Shown in pieces: positions 26,000-38,903 of a stretch of 64,000 nucleotides of DNA. The translations under genes were made by a program, and so were the position numbers. Origin of the DNA: Batkoa obscura. Lineage: Eukaryota. The stretch covers positions 496,001 to 560,000 of the forward strand of contig JASVEC010000017.1 in NCBI GenBank assembly GCA_030770535.1, in the 5' to 3' direction. The notes beneath the pieces were generated by a model that was given only the letters and a program-made list of their open reading frames with translations, was not told the DNA's origin and made no database searches. The first letter of the stretch is position 1. Every line of letters starts with the position of its first letter.

Positions 26000-27156
26000 A
26001 TGGAAGAAAATAAAGAAGTTATTGAATGTGTAGAAGGAAAGAAAGTAGAAAATAAAGTGATCAACCCTGAAATAAACTCAAAAGTCGAAACTGAAACGAA
26101 GGATTTGAGCATTGATGATGATATTCGAGAAGAATTAATTGATTCAGCAGTAAACTTTTTAACAGACAAGAATGTAAAAAAGAGCAGTTTGAATAAAAAA
26201 GTAGCGTTTTTAGAGTCCAAGGGATTGACTAATATTGAGATTCAGGAAGCTTTAGCTAGGGCCAATGCCCCCAACAAACCAACTAAGCCTCAAAATCAAT
26301 CTCAAAGTCAGCCTCAAACTGCTAAACCTACTGAACATCTCGCCCCACCACTTCCCTCCTATTCTTCAATGCCACCAGTTTCGCTTCCGAAATCAATGTC
26401 CTGGTTGGAATACTTTAAGGCCTCCGCAGTTACTGGGGCAGTAGCTTATTCTATTTATGGGTTAACTAAGGTAATAATTAAATTTTAAGAATAGAAATTA
26501 ATTAATAACGAATGAAGACGTTTATAGCACCATTATTTACTGATAGTGATGATGAATTATATGAGAGAGAAAAAAAAGAGTTGGATTTACAATATGAAGA
26601 AGCGTTTAAGGCTATAAGTGAACTAAAGCAAGATACTCAAGAGAATCTAAAAAGCATTCAAGAGCAAAATGTTAAAGTGGAGGAAAGCTTAAAGGAGTTA
26701 AATACCACGTTAAAAAATTTAAAGGATCAAGACCAAAGTAGATATCTAGATATGGAAAAACTATGGGAAGAAATAGAAAATGTGAAAAAAAAGATACCAG
26801 AAACATTTGATCTTTCGCATCAAAGTCAAAAAGCAATGATTGAAGATTTGAAGCTTGAATTGACGAATTTGAAAAATAGTTTGAACAAGTTTTTAAATAA
26901 GGACAACACGCCAGATAATGAAAGCATTCACAGGAGTAATAGTTTTAATACTATTCATTCAAATAGCTTGGAGCCAGAAAAGTCAGAAAAACCAATCAAA
27001 AAATCCATCCCCGCTTGGCAATTATCCATGTTTAATGCTAATAAATCGGATAAAGTTAATGGTACCGAGAATGAGGATAAGGAGCAAACTGATAGTAATA
27101 ATTCCCTTGGTCAAAGCCCTGAAAACATTGAAATCGAGGAACCTAACAGTTCTTAA
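26000..27156 (+). CDS. PEX14: Peroxisomal docking protein Pex14; intron 26471-26517
   Basis: IREELIDSAVNFL...KKVAFLESKGLTNIEIQEAL (Pex14 N-domain), Pro-rich linker, hydrophobic segment, coiled coil, IPAWQ motif. Confidence 0.9.
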
Positions 27157-27626
27157 TTTTTATTAAAAATTATTTTAAATAATCTGGTATTGCTTCATTA
27201 TCTTTTAACAACATATAAGTTATGTAAAGATATTGATTGTTAGTAATTTTGAGAGGCATTTAAATAAAATTTTAAGTTTCATTTTAATGTGTAAGCTAAA
27301 GATGTTTTTCTAAATTGAGCAAAGTCCCTTTTAAATGTTCACAATGTACAAAGTAGATTTATATTTTAATTTTAATTAAAAGCTTTTGGAAGTAAGGATA
27401 TAAAATATCAGAAGGTAAATGAAGAACACTATAGCTTTTATAGTGTAAAAATATAAAATACTTTTAGACATTTTAACTCAAAGAGTTTGTTTAATAAATA
27501 ACACTGTAACCAATCCTCACTGACAGGAACTAAATAATTTATCTGAAGCTTTTAAAAAACTATAATACAACTAATATAGTTAATGTATTCTTAATCTAAA
27601 AATATAGAAATTATACTATATTTTAA

Positions 27627-27698
27627 AAAACCTACCAAGAATCAAGCTCAGGCTATAAGAATCAAAGTGCTAGGCATTAATCATTACTCCATGGACCC
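27627..27698 (-). pseudogene. Degenerate tRNA-Gln(UUG) pseudogene
   Basis: Reverse complement GGGTCCATGGAGTAATGATTAATGCC...CTTTGATT...GAGCTTGATTCTTGGTAGG aligns to the intact tRNA-Gln with broken stems and B-box. Confidence 0.7.
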
Positions 27699-27789
27699 GA
27701 TTAATAACTGAACATGTCCTTCTTAATATGTAAATTCAGACTATGATTTATAGGTTAATAAATTTTTAACTAAATATTGACATAGAAGG

Positions 27790-29280
27790 TTATGTTGTAT
27801 ATTAAAACAATTTATAGACGCTCCTAATTACACTTGTAGCTGTTCTTAGTCTATCATTGTACTTAGACAAAACGCTTACTTTTTACTAGATTTTTTTAAA
27901 TATTGATAGTACAGTATTGGGATATCAAAGATTAACTTTGTCGTAAAAAATCAGTCCTTTGTAATATAGGTTTATTATTTAAAAGTGTGAAAGATAAACA
28001 TAAAATTTAAGGTGAAAAGATTAGAGAACACAATAAGCAATATAATTAGCTACAGCATAGTCGATTGTGAAAGCACATTTAAGAGGTTTTTAGGCCTTTT
28101 ATAACTAACACTCAGATTTTTTGTAAAGTGGCACTCAAGATTGAGTTCTCATCACTATTGTCTGGTAAAGCAATAAATTCATCCCTTTTATAGAAACAAT
28201 TATTCAGATCATAAAATTTATAAACTAGCTTACCTTTTATAAGCAAATCATACCAATGCTTGAACGCCGAAGAGCATCGCTGATAAATTTATATATACTC
28301 TGGATACACAGTGGGATCATTTAAAAAAGCAATGAAGCTAAATATCAACATGAAAGCAGCAATAAGATAAACAAAATTAGTTGCACACCAGACTCATAAT
28401 TTCTGAAATTACAGATTGATTGGCTCACAAGTACCGCAATAGTGCCAATGATCATTGGAATGTGGTATGATAACCTAAGCAAAATTATTATCTTTATATT
28501 TTCAAAATAAGAAAATTAAATTACATTCTAAGCACCTCCTTTTCAAAACTTTTTGAGTCTTTTACGACGATTCTCATCTTACCAAACTTGATGTGATCCA
28601 TTTTCGTTTCTAATTAATAAGCGATATGCATTAAATCAATACACGAGCAAACAAAAAATATATTAAGCATGTGGATTCCATCGAATTGTTTACCTTAAAG
28701 TCAAACACGTCAGAAAAAACTTCATCCCCACTAATAAAATAGCATCCAGTAGCTTTATGTAGCCAAGTAAACCAGCTACTAGAATAAACAATAATTATTG
28801 TCTATTCATACATAAACTAAAATAGTGATCTACGAAGTGAGGACAAATAGGCCACCAAGATAAGTAAAATGGGGCCAACTCAATACCCAATTTCCATTTT
28901 TTGAATAATATCAATCTTATGGATAAGCACTAATTTTAACTTAATGACAATGATTAATATCAAGAAGATTACAAAACTAGATAAGAAAGTAACCATATAT
29001 TACGCCATGAGATAACAATTTTTAGTTGGAAAGACACTTGTAAAACTAGACAATGATTGCCAGAAGCTGGGGAATTAATTTAGAAAGCCAATCTACTGAT
29101 AAATTTAAAATTAACCACTCAATGAGATAATGATTAATATTACCACGCTGGTTAAGACAGGGGAAATTTCAAACAATTGTCCACAGATAGTAATTAAAAT
29201 ACATAGAATAAAAGAAATAAAAATACTAAAAGTGGGATTTTAGTTTGATTATAATCAATAGTTATATCTATTCATAATCA
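27790..29280 (-). pseudogene. Probable decayed multi-pass (7TM/GPCR-like) gene
   Basis: Fragments NCYLMA*YMVTFLSSFVIFLILIIVIKLKLVLIHK, EIGY*VGPILL, SFEKEVLR, LIFSFIAFLNDPTV with stops/frameshift and intron-like gaps; ends approximate. Confidence 0.45.
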
Positions 29281-29489
29281 TGATAGATGATTCTTAACTT
29301 GTCAATTATTTTATTGATTTTTTGTTCGTACAACGATCTAAAGTTAAGAATTTGACTTTGATTGATTCCAGTGCTTGAAGTTGGGTTTTTAGATATATTT
29401 GGTAAATTGAAAATGAGTTGGGCTCTTAATTACGTATTGATTAAATTTAGCTTATTAGAAAATTAAATTTTCTTATTTTTTATAACATA

Positions 29490-29590
29490 TGAGGGTGTTT
29501 TTTTTGGTTTCATTATTTTTTCCATCTTTTAAGCGCTATTTGAGTGGAAAAATTGTTAGTAAAACCCTTAAACAAAAAAATACATCCCCA
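29490..29590 (-). mobile_element. MITE family 1
   Basis: Matches consensus, TA flanks. Confidence 0.85.
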
Positions 29591-30909
29591 TATTTGTAAA
29601 GAATTGTGTTATTTTATATTAATGCTAAATTGCTTTGATATTTTTATTTACATTTAAATATGTAAAAGACAAATTTCCAGTACGACTTCTATGGATTTCT
29701 GTAATAAACATTATTATACTGTAGTTCATGATCAACTAAACTTTATTAGCTCATTCTCAAGTTAGTTTTAATTAGTTATTTTAAAAGCCTAAAGATTAAT
29801 AGTTGACTTGTTCCATATTTCACTAAATCAAATTAAAAATCTGGTAATCTCATCTCAAATTAGAAACTCATACCTGTCACCACAATTCTATCTGTGACCC
29901 TCATCTACTTATAATCAATGTACCATAACTTAAGATAATTTAAATTCTTGCATAATTATTTACCCTTTCCCTCTTATCAATAGAAAGTTTGTGTTAATTT
30001 AGATTTATCTAATATCTTTTATGAAAGAGCTTAGTAGAGCTGAATGTGCCGTAGTTATAACTTTTATTCTTGAACACCTTTTCTTAAATTAGATATACAT
30101 TGGGAATTACCACTCTACACCTTTGAGTGAAATGTGCTTTAGTTGATAATTGAGAACTTTTGATACATAGGTAATAATAGCTTTATTGTGATATATAACA
30201 ACTCTTTTTTATCAATTCATTAATTGATCTGTATCTGATTTTCTAATATCAAAAAAGATCTCAACTGATATTAAGCTAATCTCCACAATAGATTCTTGCA
30301 TCTTTTTTTAAAGGTTACTTTGAATTTCAAAGATTGAATTCACATTACTTGATTTTTTTATTTGTGGTGGTCTATTTCTAAATCCTCAAAAGTTATATTA
30401 ATAAAAGATTTGAGTTATTTAAGAAAATGGAATATTTCCATTTTGGGCACTGTTCTTTTATTTTAAATTCAAGATAGGATATATTTTATAAGAAATGCAT
30501 CAGGCTACAGTGATCTGGCGAAGGTTCAATTGCATAATATTAGTATATATATATATTTATATATAGTAATTCATCTTTCGGATTTAAAGGAGCATGATGT
30601 TAGTTTAATAAGATACTTTATCCCAATTGTGTTTATTCAATTTAGAGTTGAATTTTTATTTTTTTCGAAATTTAAAAAATTAATTATGAATTTCATTGCT
30701 GCAGAAGCAATCTAAATTATTATATTGTTAGCAGTAAATTTTCTACTGAAATAACAGCTTACTTTAACTTTAATAAATAATTAAAACACAAATATCAGCT
30801 TTATCGTATCATAAGAAGAGGACTACTATATTTGACAACAATTTAAATAATTTGAAAAGAATAATTTACCCAATTTAAAAAAAAAATGATATTCAAATTA
30901 TTTTTTATT

Positions 30910-31302
30910 TTAAAGCCAAATACATACTAAATTCATTAACACCATCAAGGCAACTACATAAACATTATATATGCTTCTTAACCCATAAGCTTCACTAATC
31001 TTACTACTAGCAATTTTCGTGTTAACACTCTGCTTTGAAGTAGCGGTAGTCGAAATCCGAGCTGCTGTGGTAAGAGTAATAGGCGTTACACTTTTAGCAG
31101 AACCTGTTGCTACAGCATTAGTCGAATCTGTTTGAAGAGGCGATAAACTAGTTTTAGTAATTGCGTCCAAGTCTCTTGTTGTTGAAGAGAGTAATGCGGT
31201 GTCTGAACTGATGGTTAGGCCAGATTCTAAGGCTTTGGCATTAGTTGTTTGAAGAGTGATTAATAAAGCAATTAAGGATATAGTAAAACAATTTTTGACC
31301 AT
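30910..31302 (-). CDS. Small secreted Ser/Thr-rich, probably GPI-anchored protein
   Basis: Signal peptide, S/T-rich body, hydrophobic C-terminus. Confidence 0.75.
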   Translation of the reverse strand: MVKNCFTISLIALLITLQTTNAKALESGLTISSDTALLSSTTRDLDAITKTSLSPLQTDSTNAVATGSAKSVTPITLTTAARISTTATSKQSVNTKIASSKISEAYGLRSIYNVYVVALMVLMNLVCIWL

Positions 31303-31642
31303 TTTTTTGTGTTTTGTTTATTTTAGGATTGCTATCAATTTATAGTTTTTTACCTTTTCACCCTTACTTTTTAGTTCTTTTACCCCTTATTGCTTTTTAA
31401 ACTCTAGGTTTAAGCTTCAGTTTAGTTCTATGGTTTAACTTAAACTGCTTTAATTTTTGTTTCATTTCCTAAAATTTGTTAACCATGAAAAATTATTTGT
31501 GTAAAGACATGCATTACCCTATTGTCAAAGAAGACTTATATCCGCCATCACTGTCAATGAACCGAAGTCCCTATTACTCGATCATTAAAAATCGCATTTA
31601 AAAAAGCGAGCTGACATTTCCAAAAACAAATATTAACTTTAA

Positions 31643-31714
31643 AGGTCCCACCGAGAATCGAACTCGGATTACAAGGATCAAAACCTTGGGTGCTAACCAT
31701 TACACCATGGAACC
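31643..31714 (-). tRNA. tRNA-Gln (UUG)
   Basis: Identical to the 24528-24599 copy. Confidence 0.95.
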
Positions 31715-31944
31715 GTTTTTTTAAGTATGATTTAGAGAATATTTAAATAGTAAAATAACTAAATATTGTTGTCAAAATGAAACAGTTACCAAAAATAATA
31801 AAGACAAACAATAATTTGTATAAAAAATCAACTGAATTAGCTTTAATAAAGAATAAAACAAAATAATAATAATTAGAGAAATTAACTAATACTAAAAGAT
31901 GAAACAAAATTTAAATTAAAAAAACAAGATCAAGAAAATCAGAG

Positions 31945-33419
31945 TTATTTAGCTACTTTAAACGAGACATGTGAGGTAGCATTGGTGGCAATAGGAAAAG
32001 CGGGTAGTGATTTTCTTCTAGGATGAATATTGTCAGTAATGTGATAAACCATAGGATTATTTTTTAATCCAATCGAACTTGTCTGTTGACCAAATTGTAG
32101 ATTCTCAGGTATAGAAATTAAAGAAGCAGTGGAATTCAAAGGTTTAATACGATTGGGTAGAGTTGGCAATGGTTTTGGTTTACTGGTATTAATAATAAGG
32201 TTGCTATCGGTGATACTTGATGGATCATTTACTTCATACTTTAATAAGCTGCCTCTACGTTGTCTGTTGGCAGCGTTGGCGCATAATTCATCAGATTCAA
32301 ATAAACTTGCTCTTCGTTGAAAGTTAAGTTTGTTATCGTTATTGTCAGGGGACAGTAAATCTAAGGATGATTTTGGCGGGGTATTTGATTTATGTAAGGG
32401 AAGATGCAGCATCTTTTTAGGAGTAGGTGGGGTAGGCTTATTATTCTTTTTAAGATTGAATAAGGGCCCTTGTAATGGGGATGGCAAAATGGTACTGTCC
32501 TTATTTAAGCTGACAGACTGCGCCATCTTTTGCTTAACTTCTATTGCTTTTGTATCAATATCCGAATCACTATCCATTTCAAGGTCGCTTAAATAAATTT
32601 CACTGCTAAGGCTAGATAATTTATTAGAGTTGATATTTGTAATATTCTTTAATTTTATTGTGTTGCTAGTTGGCTTTTTGTTTAAGATATATCTAATACC
32701 ACACTCATAACTCAATCTATATCTCTTTGAATCTAAGCATCCAACATTGATCAATTCAGTATGTAATTTATTATCCAACAAGTCTACCAACTCATACCAT
32801 TGGGTATAAGTCACATTCAATGTAAAGTTTAAAAAATAAATTAATTCAAACTCCATTCGATTCACTTCATTCAACTTAAATATTCCCTGAGTTACTTCTG
32901 CCCATGTATGATTATGATAAGCATCGTCATACAAATATTTATTTCCTACTATTAAGGCTGCTAAAAACAAACGATGACCTGAACCATACCCCCCTTTACA
33001 AGAAGGATGCTTTTGTTTCAATCTGATTAAATAAAGAATGGCTAATATTACATTAGCAAATGATAGTTGGCATCGATGTATGATCATCCACCCAAAATCA
33101 CTTAAACTTGGTAATTCATTGTTTTCCAAATTACCCTCTGTTTTTCCACAGCAAAATAAGTTATCTATAATCCTTTCAGCTAAATCTAATAAAGGGTTTA
33201 ATACTATAATTAAGGATATTAAGCAGGATAAAAAGTACCTAAAAAATCTGCCAATAATTGCTGACGTATCTTCTTCTGTTCTTTTTTATCCGCTACTGGA
33301 AGTACTATCTTTTCAATCGGTGTTGTGGCTGAGCTTGAAGCATTTAAAAATTGATCAGAGTCTAAGATATTAAAACAAGGCGGAAGTGATGTGGTTAAAT
33401 TTTTTTGAATATGTAGCAT
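31945..33419 (-). CDS. Pho85-type cyclin (Pcl1/Pho80 family); one intron near 33238-33180
   Basis: Cyclin box LAILYLIRLK...HRLFLAALIVGNKYLYDDAYHNHTWAEV...EVNRMEFELIYFLNF; long disordered tail. Confidence 0.85.
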
Positions 33420-33498
33420 GATTAATTAAGTAGTTGTCTATTGTCTATATAGTAATCTATAATAAAAGGTAAAAAGAAAGAATAATATCAACTTGAGG

Positions 33499-33552
33499 AT
33501 ATAAAGATAAAAGATAAAAGATAAAAGATAAAAGATAAAAGATAAAAGATAA
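33499..33552. repeat. (GATAAAA)n tandem repeat upstream of the cyclin ATG
   Basis: About 7 tandem units seen. Confidence 0.8.
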
Positions 33553-33861
33553 TAGATTAGAATAAAATTATATAAAACAAAGTTATTTATTTAATTTTAT
33601 TATTTGTTGACTTTTTTTATTTTTAGTTAATTTTTAGTGATTTTTTTAATATAACGTATCCAATTTTTTACTTGCCCGTTTCACCCATCACTAACTTTAA
33701 CCATTACCAATCTCTTTTTGTATTTTAAACTTTAATTCGCCCTCATCCTGTCACCGCCATAATTTCGGAAATTTAAGCTCAACACTTTAACGAACTAATT
33801 CGATAATTTGTAAAATCTAGTTTTTTGATTACTCTTACTCGCCCATAAGGATTTAAGTTTA

Positions 33862-34025
33862 CAGCTGTTGCAACTCTCTTGCGATTTTTTTCATGATAAA
33901 TTTTATAACTTAATATTTGTATAACCAATTTTTTTTATGCCTGGCCAAATTACTCTAACGAAATTCAGCATAATTTATTTCTTAAATGAGCAGTCAATTA
34001 AGTCCCAAAAGAATTGTAGCAGTTG
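33862..34025. mobile_element. MITE family 2, second copy
   Basis: CAGCTGTTGCAACTCTCTTGCG...GAATTGTAGCAGTTG; shares internal TATTCTTAAATGA.CAGT. Confidence 0.65.
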
Positions 34026-34566
34026 TTATAGACCAATATTTCTATTTTTTACCTTTTGTAACTTAATTCATTTAAACATTCTTTTTTTATTATTTCCGTC
34101 CCTTATTGAGTTATTTTATGACCCTTTTTAGCCTGTCTTTTTAAAAAATTGTAATCTTATTGCGCTTTACCGACAATGACATCAGCCTTTAATAAAAATT
34201 TAATGAAATCTTTAACAAATCAAGCTATTAGACGTTATAAAATGTAGGATAGAGGTACTGTATAGTTTCAAATTATTCAAAATAAACAATAATAGTTTGA
34301 AAACTTAAAGTAACTAACAATAAAGTTCAATTCTTGATAAATAAGAATATTGATATTAATAAAAGTTACTTATAGGACTAAAAAATAATAAAAATATTAT
34401 TTAATAAAAGTTTAAGTTTATTTATAAAAATTCATTTTAAAATCTTTACTATAGGAAATAAATATATTTTACAAGTATAATAAAATATCAAAGGTTTATT
34501 AAGAACCGCTTTGAAAACAACATACATAAAATTAAATTTTATAAACGATATCCTTAATAGTATATA

Positions 34567-34666
34567 TGGGAATGTATTTTTCTGTTTAAGAATTTTACTA
34601 AAAAAATTTCTATTCAAATAGCGCTTAAAACATGGAAAAAGTGATGAAGCCAAAAAAACACCCCCA
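34567..34666 (+). mobile_element. MITE family 1
   Basis: Matches consensus, TA flanks. Confidence 0.85.
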
Positions 34667-34689
34667 TATATTCTCTTTAAACTAAGCAT

Positions 34690-35410
34690 CTATTGAAATA
34701 TCCATGGAAAGCCCCACCTTTAACTGGTTCCTAAAAAAACTTTAAAGATGGCTGGTAAGGGTGAAGTAACAATAAAAGCACAAAACATAATATTAAGGGT
34801 CATACACCAAGAATTGTTAACAAAGGTGTTGATCCAATTTTTTGATCGAAACATAATTCGTTTTTTGCTCAATAGATACCCAATAGTGATAGTATGATAA
34901 TACCCTTCCATCTTTAAGCCTTTTTTAATTTCCTCGGCCAGAGTATCATAATCCAATCCTACTTCCTTTACTACCTTTATCTATTTTAATTGTGCCTCAA
35001 AGTTTATATAATTTTCAACCTCTTGCTCTAATTCTTGTTTGAAATTACCACTTTTATTTCGATTACGTATATTCTCCCTTTGTGATATATAAGAGACCAA
35101 ATCAAACTCCTTTTCAAAATCCATTACATCTCGCTTTTTTTTTTTACTTGACACTCTTTCCTTTCATTGTTTTTATAATAAGATTCAATATGATTCCCTA
35201 AAATCACAACTGACTTTAGTTATCTTTAAACGTTTAATTAAAGTAATGATAATTACCTAAAATGCAAAGCTTTATTTTATAATTAGTATTATAAGCATCT
35301 ATAAAGAAAATTAATAATAAAACTTTTTGATTTAACTTTTTTTTATAAAAAAGTATCTCAGATTTATAAGCTTAAATTTTTAAATTAGCTGGTAATAATA
35401 AGAACTCTGG
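34690..35410 (-). pseudogene. Decayed paralog of the PY-motif family
   Basis: MDFEKEFDLVSYIS, KEVGLDYD, EGYYH, KNWINTFVNN with a stop and frameshifts; 5' part eroded. Confidence 0.75.
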
Positions 35411-36079
35411 ATTATTTAGCTTGTTATTATTTATTTATATTAGTTTTTATATTTTTGTTATTATTATTTATTAAACATTTGGATGTTTTACCATTAACGC
35501 CCATTATAAATAATTAATTTTAAGTAATTTGTAATAGTATTTTTTAAATAAAGTTAATAATTTAATATTCATAAATATTTAAATTTTAAGCAACTTAAAA
35601 ATTATATAAAAAATTAATAAAAAAGTTATAACTATTTAGATTATTAAATCAGCACATAAAAAAAATCATTTTTAAGCTATATTACAATCTTTCATATACA
35701 ATTACTTAAACAAAATATTAAGTAATCTAACTTTGAGGTTTTTTAGCTTTTAACCTTTAAGTTTGCAAAACAACATTTAAGATTTAAATATAGTTAATAA
35801 ATTAAGATACTATTTAATAAATAATAAATAATAAATAATACATAATATGAATATATAAAATACAGTTATGATTGCATGTATTGACATTAATTACTAAATA
35901 ATCTAAATTTAATACTAATTCATTTGCAAAACATTATTTTTTTAAATTATAATTTTTGTAATTTATAATGTTTACTATATTTGAGATTGTAGTAATTCAA
36001 CCTAAAATTAAATAAAATTTATTTGGGTTTTGTGATTACTTCAACCACCAAATAATTAAATGTTATAATAAGGTCTATA

Positions 36080-36177
36080 TGGGGATGTATTTCTTTGTTT
36101 AAGAATTACTAACAATCTTTCCGCTGAAATAGCGCTTAAAAATGGAAAAAATAATGAAGCCAAAAAAAACACCCTCA
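36080..36177 (+). mobile_element. MITE family 1
   Basis: Matches consensus, TA flanks. Confidence 0.85.
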
Positions 36178-37274
36178 TATATATAGTTATAATTTGCCTT
36201 AAATTTATTCAAACTAAGCTAGCGAAAAACCCTGAACTTTCAAGTTGCTAAATTAGCTTTAAATAAAACGCAATTCTAAACTTCTATTATTCAAATAAGA
36301 TATTTATTGTGTACCAGAGATAGTAATTTATGCCAATAGATACAATCAGAATTGTACAAAAAATAACTTATAAACATTCTAGGGTTAACGTTTTATGGTT
36401 TTAATCAAGCATGTATTTTGTTAGTAATTTAGCCGAAATTTTGGTTTAGTTATTAGTAAAAAATAAAAAGTTAGTAAAATAATGCGTTTTTATAAAATAA
36501 CTGAATATTAGTTTTGTTTTAATAGAAATAATAGAAATGTTTCTGATTGTTTTATCGTTTCAAATAACTCCGTTTATTCCTATTCATAAGAAACTAATGC
36601 GTTCCAAATTCAGAGTTTTATTAGATATTTGACAAAAAATACAAGCACAATTCTATTAGTAAATTTGACTTTCAACTATAAATCTAGGAGCAAATATTCC
36701 AATTTGAAGTTTTAGTTTTGAAAACTACAATTCAATATTAGTAGCCTAAGAACTCTTACCCTTAGAGCATGTTTTCACATGAAGCCATGTGTATTCAAGG
36801 ATAAATTTTACAAGGGATGTTTTTATTATTTACTTATTTTTTGTGGTGCTTACATTTTACTACCTATTTAAATACAGTTATTTCGGTATATTGACAAGTG
36901 CCTTGTGTTTGGGTTATAAATACATTAAATTTACCTTATAGAATTCTGATCATAAATTTGATACATTATATGTATGTAACTAGGAAATAAACTGCAGGGT
37001 TTAATCTGGGATACTCCACTAAGACAAAGGTTATAACCGTAACTAGTAAGTAATATAGCAACATTTTAGTTAATATTTTTAGTTATATAAAAAAACTAAT
37101 ATTATAAAATAAAAAGTTATCACGTTTTTAATCAGTAAAAGGAATTTTGGAAGAAACAAGCCCAAAATAACTATATAAAATATTCTTAAAAACAATTAAA
37201 TTTATTCTAGGATTAATTAAAAAAGCAAGGATCTCCTAAGTTATAGATATAATACAGTACTATTAAGTATAAAC

Positions 37275-38903
37275 TCATTTGGAAGGTTCTTGAGGAGCTG
37301 GAGGTCCCATACTTCTTAAAGGAATGTGTTTTAAACAAAGGGCAGCTATAAATGAAACAGAAAAGAAAGCAATTCCAGTTAAAAACATAGAGTGGAAACC
37401 ATCAACATAAGATTGAACTACTGCGGCTCTAAGCTCTGGTGTCAAAGTTTGAATATAAGTCGATGATTGAAGTAAAGCTCCAATATTGACAGTTGGTGCA
37501 TTTTTAGCTAAGGAGGAAGTTAATACATTTTGATATACAGCTCCTAATACTGCAATTCCTATTACTCCGCCTAGAGATTGTGAGAAACTGACCAATGATG
37601 TTACAATAGCTGCATCTTTCATACCAACAGCTGCTTGTGATACAATTGTATTGGTTTGAATACAAAGACCTACACCTAAACCAATTAATAATGAAAACAC
37701 AATCAATTCTGCTCTTGAGATATCGACTCTCATTAAAGATCCCATAAGAGCAGTACCAATAACACCAATAGCAGCACCAACCATAGAAAGTTGGCGATAA
37801 ATACCAGTTTTAACCATAAAAATACCAGAACTAATTGACATAGAAACTACGCCTAACATAGTAGCTAAAAGTTCTAAACCAGAATTAATGGCTGATTCTT
37901 GATGGACAATTTGATAATACAATGGTAAATAAATAATTGTTGCAAAAAATACACCTCCATTGAAAAAGGCAGTAATATCGGCAGAGATAACATTACGAAC
38001 TAAAACATGAGCTGGAATAATTGGCTCTTTGGATACTTTCCATTGAAAGAAAATGAAAAGAAGTAAGAAAACAATACCTAAACAAAGTGAAACAATAACT
38101 GCTGCAGAATTCCAAGGATACTGTTGTCCACCCCAATTTAAGCCTAATACTATAAGTGAAGTAAAGACGAGTAAAGTAACTGAACCTAAATAATCGACTC
38201 TGGCTAACTTTTCTTTCATGTTTTCTTTAGAAGTAGGTAAACGAAGGAAAAATCCAATAACAAACATAGCTATTAAACAAATTGGAATATTAATGTAAAA
38301 ACACCACCTCCAACTAGCTTTTTCGGTAAGAGCGCCACCTATCAATGGACCAACAACTGAAGCAACAGCAAAGTTAGCTCCAACCATACCCATAAATATA
38401 CCTCTTCTTCTTAATGAAACAATATCGGATATAATGATAACTGAAAGAGAAATAAGACCACCACCACCGATACCAGCAATAGCACGACAAATAATTAACA
38501 TTTCAATAGTTTGTGCAGCACCACATAGTACTGAACCAATTAAAAAGATGCTAAGCGCAAATAACATAACAGCACGTCGACCAAAAATATCAGAAAATTT
38601 ACCATATAAAGGTTGGAACGCAGTTGAGGATAATAAATAAGAAGTAGCTACCCAAGTTACTTCATCAAAAGCATTAAAATCGGAAGTAATGTTTGCTAAA
38701 GAAGTAGCAATAATTGTATTGTCTAAAGCAGCTACGAAAATGGATAAAACTAAACCAAGGATAATTAAACTGAATCTTGTTCTTGATAAGGGTACTCTTG
38801 GTTCATCAATGTTCGTTTGATTGACTGAAGCTTGATTTTCTATTTCTTTCTCATTGCTTTGAATTGTAAATGCTTCGTTGACTTGAGTGTCAGTAGATGT
38901 CAT
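37275..38903 (-). CDS. MFS drug:H+ antiporter, DHA2 (14-TMS) family
   Basis: ALDNTIIATSL, motif A GKFSDIFGRR, motif C GPLIGG, WRWCFYINIP, DYLG. Confidence 0.9.
   Translation of the reverse strand: MTSTDTQVNEAFTIQSNEKEIENQASVNQTNIDEPRVPLSRTRFSLIILGLVLSIFVAALDNTIIATSLANITSDFNAFDEVTWVATSYLLSSTAFQPLYGKFSDIFGRRAVMLFALSIFLIGSVLCGAAQTIEMLIICRAIAGIGGGGLISLSVIIISDIVSLRRRGIFMGMVGANFAVASVVGPLIGGALTEKASWRWCFYINIPICLIAMFVIGFFLRLPTSKENMKEKLARVDYLGSVTLLVFTSLIVLGLNWGGQQYPWNSAAVIVSLCLGIVFLLLFIFFQWKVSKEPIIPAHVLVRNVISADITAFFNGGVFFATIIYLPLYYQIVHQESAINSGLELLATMLGVVSMSISSGIFMVKTGIYRQLSMVGAAIGVIGTALMGSLMRVDISRAELIVFSLLIGLGVGLCIQTNTIVSQAAVGMKDAAIVTSLVSFSQSLGGVIGIAVLGAVYQNVLTSSLAKNAPTVNIGALLQSSTYIQTLTPELRAAVVQSYVDGFHSMFLTGIAFFSVSFIAALCLKHIPLRSMGPPAPQEPSK

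Noticed and set aside
29700..30530. Coding-like composition, possibly an old retroelement or gene relic
   Set aside because: Many stops and no identifiable motif
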